64,000 nucleotides of DNA from NCBI GenBank assembly GCA_963779315.1, contig CAVZXQ010000004.1, positions 128,847-192,846 of the forward strand, written 5' to 3'. This document shows, in pieces, positions 56,263 to 64,000 of this stretch. Source of the stretch: an uncultured Chloroflexia bacterium. GTDB lineage: Bacteria > Chloroflexota > Limnocylindria > Limnocylindrales > CSP1-4. How positions within the stretch are numbered: position 1 is the stretch's first letter; each line of letters opens with the position of its first letter. Made by a program: the position numbers and the translations under genes. The notes under the pieces were generated by a model that was not told the DNA's origin, did no database searches, and worked only from the letters and a program-made list of their open reading frames with translations.

Positions 56263-57525
56263 ATGGACGACGCCCGTTCGCCCGACCCCTCCGTGTCCGG
56301 CCCGCTCACGCGCGATGCCGCCCAGGCCCACCTGGAGCGGGGTTCGGAGTTGCTCGAGGGCGGCGAGTTCGAGCGTGCCGCCGTTCACTTCAACCGGGTC
56401 ATCGGTTTCGACGATCCGGAGGTGACCGCCGCCGGGCTCCTCGGCCTCGGCGAGGCGCGGTACCGGATGGACGACGAAGACGGCGCCCTCGCCAGCTGGA
56501 CCGCGGTCACCCAGCTGCCGGAGACGGCATCCACCTATCCGGCCTGGCGCAACATCGCGGCGGCCCGCGTCCGCGATGGCGACCTGACCGGCGCGATCGA
56601 CGCCTACCGGGAGGCCGATCGCCGCGCGCCCGCCGACGACAAGGCGGAGATCGCGAACCGGCTCGGCTGGCTGAGCAAGGAGACCGGCGATGCCGGCGCC
56701 TCCCGGCGCTATTTCGCCAGGGGACGTGGCGACGGTCCGCTGATCCCGATGGCCACCGCCATCCTCGCGGCGACGGTCATCGTGTCGATGACCGTCTTCC
56801 TGTCGTCCGAAGGACAGGCATTGCAGGCCTTCCTCTGGCTGGACAAGGCCGGCGTCGCCGCGGGCGAGTACTGGCGGCTGTGGACGGTCACGCTCGTCCA
56901 CGGCGACTTGCTCCACCTCTTCTTCAACATGTACGCGCTCTTCCTGGCGGGGCCGGTCGTCGAACGCTGGTACGGCTCCGTGCTGTTCGTCGTGTTCTAC
57001 CTGACCTGTGCCGCGGCCGGTTCGGTGGCGAGCTTCGTGTTCGGCGGCGGCGACTATTCGGTCGGCGCGTCCGGGGCGATCTTCGGCCTGTTCGGGATCC
57101 TGCTGGCGGCCGGGCGGGTCCACCATCCGGTCGATCGGGCCAGCCGTGGGCTCGTCCAGCAGCTGGGCGTCCTGATCCTGATCAACATCGTGTTCGGGCT
57201 TGCCTCGGCGGGGCAGATCGACAACGCCGCGCATCTCGGCGGGCTTGCCGCCGGCCTGTGGCTGGGCGCGATGCTCCGTCCGACGAAGGTCGCAACGCTG
57301 GCCTCGGGCTGGACGATCCCAGGCCGGGCGCCGGCCGCGGCTGGTGGTGTCGGCGGTCCGGTCGTCAACCCGACACCCGAGGGAGCGGCTCGCCTGTTGA
57401 TGCCGTTCGTGCTGGCCGTCGTGGTGGTCGTCCTGGTGGCCGGGATCGCGCTTGGCACCGCGGTCCGTTCGGACGACCCAGGTCGTCAGACGGCTGCGAC
57501 CTACAACTCGCCGAAGACCACCTGA
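56263..57525 (+). CDS. rhomboid-family intramembrane serine protease with N-terminal TPR-like domain
   Basis: WRLWTVTLVHGDLLHLFFNMYAL, catalytic GASGAIFG, and AHLGGLAAG. I prefer the ATG at 56263 to the track start at 56218. Confidence 0.85.
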   Translation: MDDARSPDPSVSGPLTRDAAQAHLERGSELLEGGEFERAAVHFNRVIGFDDPEVTAAGLLGLGEARYRMDDEDGALASWTAVTQLPETASTYPAWRNIAAARVRDGDLTGAIDAYREADRRAPADDKAEIANRLGWLSKETGDAGASRRYFARGRGDGPLIPMATAILAATVIVSMTVFLSSEGQALQAFLWLDKAGVAAGEYWRLWTVTLVHGDLLHLFFNMYALFLAGPVVERWYGSVLFVVFYLTCAAAGSVASFVFGGGDYSVGASGAIFGLFGILLAAGRVHHPVDRASRGLVQQLGVLILINIVFGLASAGQIDNAAHLGGLAAGLWLGAMLRPTKVATLASGWTIPGRAPAAAGGVGGPVVNPTPEGAARLLMPFVLAVVVVVLVAGIALGTAVRSDDPGRQTAATYNSPKTT

Positions 57526-58328
57526 GGTCCGGGCTCTCCGACGGCCCCGCCATCCGGCTCCAGCGTGATCATCGCAGCGTCGCTCACGGCCAGGTCCACC
57601 CCGAACGGCGCGACGAACGCACCGGTCCCGCTGTGGTGGTACGTCCCAAGCGGATGGACGCCGGCCGTGTCTGCGTACCACAACTGGTAGACGTGGCCTT
57701 CCGGCGAGGCGGGCAGATCGGCGACCATCACGTACGACTGCGTGGTCCCTGGCTCGAACACCGCCACCGCGGCGGCGTTCGGGGCCAGCGCGTCCGGCGT
57801 CAGCCGGACTGTCTCGTGATCCGGGGCCACAAGGACGGCCATCGCGCCCTCGCGGGCGGCGATCCGGGCCTGGGCATCGGACGTTGCGGCGACCGCGGCG
57901 GCGTTCTCCTGCGTCAGCTGCGAGACGCGTGCCCCCAACCCGATGGCGATCACGCCGAGGGCTGCGGCCAATGCGAGCGGGGCGAACGTGGTCCAGCGCG
58001 AGCGACGGGTCAGGGTCGTCATCGATCGTGTGCTCGAGATCGCGGTCGGCTCGTCAGGACCGGCGGCCGTCGCCTCGCGGAGTCGCCAGGCGTCCTCGGG
58101 TCCGGCAGCCCGCATCGCGTCGAACACGGCTCCGTGAAGCGAACGAGGAGGCGCCATCTCGGGTGCCAGGAGCGCGAGGTCCCAGACGACATCGCCCAGC
58201 TGTTGGCTCAGGGCCAGGCACGACGAGCACTCGGCCAGGTGTCGATCGAGTCGTGCGCGCTCGTCCGGATCGAGGTCCTCGATCGCGGCCCCGGCCGTCA
58301 GCTCCCGGAATGCGCTGTGGTCGATCAC
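57501..58328 (-). CDS. anti-sigma-K factor RskA-like (zf-HC2 N-domain, TM segment, RskA C-domain)
   Basis: HLAECSSC (HxxxCxxC), TM segment FAPLALAAALGVIAIGLGA, and C-terminal ...GHVYQLWYAD... Confidence 0.85.
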   Translation of the reverse strand: MIDHSAFRELTAGAAIEDLDPDERARLDRHLAECSSCLALSQQLGDVVWDLALLAPEMAPPRSLHGAVFDAMRAAGPEDAWRLREATAAGPDEPTAISSTRSMTTLTRRSRWTTFAPLALAAALGVIAIGLGARVSQLTQENAAAVAATSDAQARIAAREGAMAVLVAPDHETVRLTPDALAPNAAAVAVFEPGTTQSYVMVADLPASPEGHVYQLWYADTAGVHPLGTYHHSGTGAFVAPFGVDLAVSDAAMITLEPDGGAVGEPGPQVVFGEL

Positions 58329-59092
58329 GAGACGAGCCCGGCGAACGTATCGTCCCGTTCGTCTTCGGACAGCGAGGTGCCCAGGACGTCGCGCAAGCGC
58401 AGCAATCCGGACCGGATCCGGGTCTTGGCGGTCCCCAGCGGGATGTCGAGTCGCTCGGCGACCTCGACGTGGGTCAGTCCGGAGAAGAACGCGAGCTCGA
58501 GCGCGACGCGCTGGGTCTCGGTCAACTGGCCGATCGCCTCACGGACTCGATCGCGGCGCAGGTTCAGCCACGCTTCTCGGTCGACATCGTCCGGGGCCTC
58601 CCGGAATTCGAGGTCCACCTCCGCCGTGTGCTTGCGCACGTTGGCTTCGCGTCGGACCAGGTCGATCGCCTTGTGCCGGGCGAGGGAGAACAGCCAGGGG
58701 GCCAGCGCGCCGCGGGTGGCATCGAACCGGGAAGCGTCCTTCCAGACGGCGACGAACACCTCCTGGACGACATCCTGGGCAAACCGGTCTGCCTTGGTGA
58801 CCTGGTAGGCCAGCGAGTAGAGCTGTCGGCTGTACCGCTCGTACAACGCCTCCACCGCGCGCTCGTCGCGCTCGACGATCCTGGCCAGCAGGGCGGCATC
58901 GTCGGCGCGGCGTGCCTCGCGGTCGGTATCGAACGGCTCGGGCAATCGGCTCTCCGTCGACCTTGTCCGGTCGGCTCGGCGTTGGGGATCCGTGGCGGCG
59001 GCGCGCTGTGGGCGTGCACCCGTCGTCCGATGATACCCGAGGGCGACATCGATCCTCGGTGGCGTGCGGAACGATGGAGCGTCTGCCTGCAT
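58325..59092 (-). CDS. ECF sigma factor (SigK-like) with N-terminal extension
   Basis: DERAVEALYERYSRQLYSLAYQVTKADRFAQDVVQEVFVAVW... and RVALELAFFSGLTHVEVAERLDIPLGTAKTRIRSG; 4-nt overlap with the anti-sigma gene. Confidence 0.85.
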   Translation of the reverse strand: MQADAPSFRTPPRIDVALGYHRTTGARPQRAAATDPQRRADRTRSTESRLPEPFDTDREARRADDAALLARIVERDERAVEALYERYSRQLYSLAYQVTKADRFAQDVVQEVFVAVWKDASRFDATRGALAPWLFSLARHKAIDLVRREANVRKHTAEVDLEFREAPDDVDREAWLNLRRDRVREAIGQLTETQRVALELAFFSGLTHVEVAERLDIPLGTAKTRIRSGLLRLRDVLGTSLSEDERDDTFAGLVS

Positions 59093-59255
59093 GCTCCCTC
59101 TTCGCGCGGCCGAACCTGATGGATGGCCTCACGACCTCGGAGCGGCGGGAGGGTGTGCCAAGATGCGGCCTGTGGCGCGGATCCGCGCCACAGCCGAGGG
59201 AGACACGGGACATGACGAAGCCACCCGCCAGGGTCGTGCCCACGGTCGGCTACTG

Positions 59256-60190
59256 ATGTTCGCCACGCTGCTCGGAGATCTGCCGCGCCCGCCGTTGCCC
59301 GCGGACGCGCCGGCCGAGGCCATCGTACGGGCCGTGGTGGAAGCCCAGGTGGCTGCCGGGCTCGAGCCGGTGACCGACGGGGGATGGTGGGGATCCCTTC
59401 CCCCCGTCACGGCATGGCAGCGAACCTCCGCGCTGACCGATCGCCTGGTCAAGCAAGCCATGCTGGGTCCGTATTCGACCGTCGAGACGGTGCCCCCGCG
59501 CGGTCGTCCGGGTTGGCGCGACCGTCGCGAGGCGATGACCGCCGCCGCACGGTCCGCGAACACGGCGTTGCTGGAGCTCGCTGCGGCCGGCTGCCCGTTC
59601 ATCGAGGTCCACGAGCCTGGGGTCGTGTCGATCGGCCGGGATCGGACGCGTGGGGACGGTTCCGGGAGGCGCAGCTGGCCATGACCGCGGGAGTCGTCGG
59701 ACCCCACCTGTCGTTGGCCGTCACGGGTGGTGCCGTCGACCCGGCGGGCCTCGATGCGATCGTCGCGGCGCCGTACGCCAGCCTCGCCGTGGATCTCATC
59801 GCCGGCCCGGACAGCTGGCGCCTGGTCCGGGCGATGCCCGGCGAGCGCGGCATCGTGTGCGGTGCCCTGTCGCCGTCGGCGGATTCGGACGACGGGCCCG
59901 AGACCCTGCTGTGGGCCGCCGCCTATGCCGCCTCCAGCCAGGGCCGCGGGCCGGGCCGGGTCGGGATCGCGAGCGCTTCGTCGCTCGCCGGACTCCCGTG
60001 GGACGTCGCCGTGGCCAAGCTGCGCAGGCTCGGAGCGGCAGCCCAGCTCGCCGGTCTGCCCGCCGACGAGCTCCGGTCGCGACTGGATCCGCGCTCGATC
60101 GACATCCGCTCCGCCGCCCTCGGTGAGGCCGGCAGGGCCGACTCGCCGAGGTCTCCCGGATCATCGGGGGATCGCCCGCGGGCGACTTGA
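59256..60190 (+). pseudogene. MetE-C-terminal-like (cobalamin-independent methionine synthase family/UROD-fold) protein, frame broken near 59633-59640
   Basis: MFATLLGDLPRP...GLEPVTDGG...AAAGCPFIEVHEPGVVSIG | SDAWGRFREAQLAMTAGVVGPHLSLAVTGG...GIVCGALS... continues in the frame of ORF 59384..60190. Confidence 0.5.
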
Positions 60191-60301
60191 TGCCGACGCG
60201 AACGTGACTTGATTCCGTGGCGCGACGGTGCCACCATCCGCGTACCTCTCCCGACTTCTCGAATCCTCATCGCAAGGCATCCGCCGCAGGAGGTTCAGTC
60301 C

Positions 60302-60796
60302 GTGGGCGAACACATCTCGATGACGGTCAACGGAACGCTGCGGGAGCTGGATGTCGAGCCGAGACGGCTGCTGGTCCAGGCGCTCCGCGAGGACCTGGAC
60401 CTGACCGGCACGCACATCGGCTGCGACACGAGTCAGTGCGGCGCCTGCACGGTCAGCGTGGACGGCAAGGCCATGAAGTCGTGCACGATGCTGGCGGTCC
60501 AGGCGGACGGTGCCAGCGTCACGACGATCGAGGGCATGGCGAACGGCGACACCCTCCATCCGCTCCAGAACGCGTTCTGGGAGAAGCACGGCCTCCAGTG
60601 CGGCTTCTGCACGCCGGGCATGATCATGACCGCCGCGGACCTGCTGGCCCGCAACGCGGATCCTTCCGACGACGAGATCCGGCATGCCATCGAGGGCAAC
60701 ATGTGCCGCTGCACGGGCTATCAGAACATCGTCGCAGCGGTCCGCGCGGCCGCCGTGGCATTGCGCGACGGGGCCTCTGCCCCGGCCGGCGCATAG
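60302..60796 (+). CDS. coxS: aerobic-type CO/xanthine dehydrogenase family small subunit, [2Fe-2S]x2
   Basis: GTG at 60302, 7 nt after AGGAGG. Cluster motifs [19 protein letters not shown] and CRCTGY. Confidence 0.9.
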   Translation: MGEHISMTVNGTLRELDVEPRRLLVQALREDLDLTGTHIGCDTSQCGACTVSVDGKAMKSCTMLAVQADGASVTTIEGMANGDTLHPLQNAFWEKHGLQCGFCTPGMIMTAADLLARNADPSDDEIRHAIEGNMCRCTGYQNIVAAVRAAAVALRDGASAPAGA

Positions 60797-60812
60797 GAAG
60801 CGGGAGACGACG

Positions 60813-63213
60813 ATGACCGACGTGCTTGGAAAGCCCATCAAGCGCACCGAGGATCCGCGCTTCATCACCGGCGGCGGCCGCTACCTGGACGACATCAAGC
60901 TGCAGTCCGCCGACGCACATGGCGATCCTGCGCAGCCCGTACGCGCACGCCAACATCCGATCCATCGACACGTCCGCCGCGAAGGCGATGCCGGGCGTCG
61001 TCGCGGTCTTCGTGGGAGCGGACATCCCGTACAACCCGCTTCCGATGGCCTGGCCGGCCGGCGGCAGCGCGGGGATCCAGAACAACATCAACACGCCTCG
61101 TGTCCTCGCGACCGACAGCGTCAAGTGGACCGGTGAGGGCGTCGCCGCGGTGGTGGCCGAGACCGAAGCCCAGGCCTACGACGCGCTGGACGTGATCGAG
61201 GTCGATTGGGAGCCGCTGCCGGCGGTCGTGGACGCCGAGAAGGCCATCGCCGACGGCGCCCCGCAGCTGCACGAGAACGCTCCGAACAACGTCGTCTTCG
61301 AGTGGAACGTCGGCGACAAGGCCGGCACGGATGCCGCGGTGGACGGCGCCGAGGTCGTGGTCCGCCAGCGGATCGTCAACCAGCGGCTCATCCCGAACCC
61401 GATGGAGACGCGCGGGGACATCGGCTGGTACAACCCGGGCACCGACGAATACACGATCTGGATGTCCAGCCAGACGCCGCACATCCAGCGGCTGTTGCTG
61501 GCGGCCTTCGTGACCGGGATCCCGGAGCACAAGGTCCGCTGCATCAGCCCGGACGTCGGCGGCGCGTTCGGGACGAAGATCTTCTGCTACGCCGACATGG
61601 CGCTCACCATGTTCGCCAGCAAGGCCATCGGCGGTCGGCCGGTCAAGTGGGTGGAGGGCCGTCGCGAGAACTACCAGAGCACGATCCACGGCCGTGACCA
61701 CATCACGTACCTGGAGATCGCGGGCAAGCGCGACGGCGAGGTGACCGGCCTGCGCGTGAAGACCCTGGCCAACCTGGGCGGCCGCCTGTCCACCATCGGC
61801 CCGGGTATCCCCACCACGCTGTACGCCCGCGTCCTGTCGGGCTGCTACAAGATCCCGAACGTCTACGCGGAAGTCACCGGCGTCTACACGAACACGACGT
61901 TCGTGGACGCGTATCGTGGCGCCGGTCGCCCCGAGGCGACCTACGTCATCGAACGGGCGATGGACCTGTTCGCGGCCGAGATCGGGATGGACCGTGCCGA
62001 GGTGCGGCGCCGCAACTTCATCCAGCCCGACCAGTTCCCGTACGAGAACCCGTCCGGTCTCGGGACCGCAAGCGGCGGCGCCAAGATCTACATCGATTCG
62101 GGCAACTACGAGCCCGCGATGGACATGGCCCTCGCGACGGCCGGCTATGCGGCGCTCGACGCCAAGAAGGCCGAGGCCAAGGCGCGCGGCAAGCTGCTCG
62201 GCATGGGCTTCTCGACCTACATCGAGGTCTGCGGCGTCGCGCCGTCCAAGTGGATCGGGGCGGTCGGCGAGGGCTGGGGCGCCGCGATGTGGGAGTCGTC
62301 CAACATCAAGGTCCACCTGACCGGCAAGGTCGTGGTCACGATGGGGACCCAGCCGCAGGGCCAGGGCCACGAGACGACCTACGCCCAGATCATCAGTCAC
62401 GAACTCGGCGTCCCGATGGAGGACGTCATCATCCAGCACTCCGACACGCAGGGGACGCCGTTCGGCTACGGCTCGTACGGGAGCCGGACCTCGTCCGTCG
62501 GCAGCACGGCTGCCATCAAGGCCGCCGACAAGATCAAGGACAAGGCCCGCCGCTATGCCGCCCACATGCTGGAGGCGTCGCCCGAGGACATCGTCATCGA
62601 CGGTGCCAACTACTCGGTCAAGGGCTCGCCGGACAAGGTCAAGACGTTCCAGGAGATCGCCTTCGCGCTGGACCTCGCGTTCGACGCACCGGAGGGGATG
62701 GAGCCGTATCTCGATGAGACGGCGTACTACGACACGCCGAACTGCACGTGGCCGTTCGGGACGCATATCGCGATCGTCGAGATCGACGAGGAGACCGGCT
62801 CGGTGGACCTCGTCCGCTATGTCGCGGTGGACGACGTCGGCAACAAGATCAACCCGATGATCGTGGACGGCCAGCTCCATGGCGGCATCGCCCAGGGGGT
62901 CGGCCAGGCGCTCTGGGAGGGTGCCATCTACAGCGACGAGGGGCAGCTGCTGACCGGTTCGATGCTGGACTACGCGATGCCTCGGGCGTCGATGTTCCCG
63001 CACTTCGAGCTGGGCGAGACGGTGACGCCTTCGCCGGTCAACCCGCTCGGGGTGAAGGGCGTTGGCGAGGCGGGCGCGATCGCCAGCACGGCCGCGGTCG
63101 CGAACGCGGTGATCGATGCCCTCAGCCCGCTGGGGATCCGTCATCTGGACATGCCGTACACCGCCCAGACCGTCTGGCGAGCGATGCAGGGTTCGAAGGG
63201 AGGCCAGGCATGA
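60813..63213 (+). CDS. coxL: molybdopterin-binding large subunit, form-II CoxL-like; N-terminal frame break near 60915-60922
   Basis: ATG at 60813, after GGGAGA, gives [30 protein letters not shown]. The frame then changes, and track ORF 60826..63213 continues [18 protein letters not shown]... Active-site loop [11 protein letters not shown]. Confidence 0.85.
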
Positions 63214-64000
63214 TCCCGGCGGCATTCGGCTACCAGCGTCCGGCCTCACTGGACGAGGCCCTCAAGGCGATCGCCTCGGCCGGCGGCGGGGTCAAGGTGC
63301 TGGCCGGGGGCCAGAGCCTCCTGCCCCTGCTCAAGATGCGCCTGGCCAGCGCCGACACCCTCGTGGATATCGGCCGGCTCGAGGAGCTCAAGGGGCTCCG
63401 CGAGCTGCCCGACGGCGGCTTCGAGATGGGCGCCCTCGTCACGTACGCGGAGGTCCTCCAGGCGACCAAGCTGGGCTGGACGGCCGAGGCCATCAGCCAT
63501 ATCGGAGATGTCCAGGTCCGGAACCGGGGCACCGTCGGCGGATCGGTCGCGCACTGCGATCCGGCCTCGGACCTGCCGGCGATGGGTCTGGCGCTCGACT
63601 ACTCGGTCGTGCTTCGTTCCTCGCGGGGCGAGCGCGTGGTCCCGTTGGACGGGTTCTTCAAGGGCCCGTTCCAGACCGCGATGGCGGAGGACGAGCTCAT
63701 CGTCAAGCTGCGCCGCGGACCGCTGCCGGCCGGCGCATCGGGCGCCTACCGCAAGCTGGGCCAGAAGGCGTCCGGGTACTCCATCGTGGGCGTCGCGGCG
63801 GTCGTCGCGATGAGTGGCGGTTCGGTGGGGCATGCACGTGTCGCACTCACCGGGGTCGCCGAGGCACCGTACCGGGCGAAGGCCGTGGAAGCGGCCCTCG
63901 CCGGGAGCGACGGATCGCCCGCCGCCGTTGCCGCCGCGGCCGCGCACGCCACCGACGGGGTGCACGTCAACAGCGACATCCACGCGGACAGTGAGTACCG
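63210..64000 (+). CDS. coxM: FAD-binding medium subunit (CoxM-like), 3' end outside window
   Basis: ATG at 63210 overlaps the coxL TGA (ATGA). My own translation reads [46 protein letters not shown]...NRGTVGGSVAHCDPASDLPA... and stays open to the window end. This ORF is not in the supplied track because it has no stop within the window. Confidence 0.85.
   Translation, partial: MIPAAFGYQRPASLDEALKAIASAGGGVKVLAGGQSLLPLLKMRLASADTLVDIGRLEELKGLRELPDGGFEMGALVTYAEVLQATKLGWTAEAISHIGDVQVRNRGTVGGSVAHCDPASDLPAMGLALDYSVVLRSSRGERVVPLDGFFKGPFQTAMAEDELIVKLRRGPLPAGASGAYRKLGQKASGYSIVGVAAVVAMSGGSVGHARVALTGVAEAPYRAKAVEAALAGSDGSPAAVAAAAAHATDGVHVNSDIHADSEY

Noticed and set aside
60895-63249. 784-aa minus-strand ORF opposite coxL
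   Set aside because: It is a shadow ORF opposite a gene with strong family motifs.

Overview
This is a very GC-rich chromosomal segment; third codon positions are almost all G/C. Gene content points to a high-GC Gram-positive-type lineage (Actinomycetota/Chloroflexota-like: SigK-RskA pair, DUF4032, DinB-family proteins, small Rieske plus cytochrome b/c fusion). That taxonomic guess is inference only. I call about 60 protein genes on both strands, tightly packed, with many 4-nt start/stop overlaps (ATGA/GTGA/TTGA). There is one tRNA-Lys(CUU). I saw no rRNA, CRISPR array, transposase, integrase or phage gene.

The content is mostly metabolism and housekeeping:
- an acyl-CoA dehydrogenase fragment
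- an Lrp-tryptophanase operon
- a GMC oxidoreductase
- a B12-dependent acyl-CoA mutase split over two loci (large subunit at 13.9 kb; small subunit-MeaB-Hbd-ACAD-thiolase-ALDH operon at 25.8-32.1 kb)
- trxA, folE and carAB
- a bc-type complex
- an M16 peptidase pair
- form-II coxSLM

The most interesting items, in my ranking:
1. An ECF sigma gene translationally coupled to an MGMT-Ada(Zn) fusion, where an anti-sigma factor would normally sit (5.8-7.2 kb).
2. A stand-alone CarH-type B12 photoreceptor module with no DNA-binding domain (15.6-16.3 kb).
3. An ArsR/DUF5937 regulator flanked by two copies of the same AT-rich palindrome. One copy precedes a small His-rich ORF and the other faces the M16 peptidase pair (48.4-49.9 kb).
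4. A secreted hyper-acidic repeat protein in an operon with a second ECF sigma/anti-sigma pair (52.9-54.9 kb).
5. Tandem PyrR-loop-like hairpins plus a coupled uORF ahead of carA (41.1 kb).
6. A roughly 1700-aa alpha-2-macroglobulin-family gene split into seven frames.

Caveat: at least ten recognisable genes change frame by +/-1, mostly at short G/C runs. I cannot tell from sequence alone whether these are assembly indels or real pseudogenes. All family calls come from motif recognition by eye; no database search was run.
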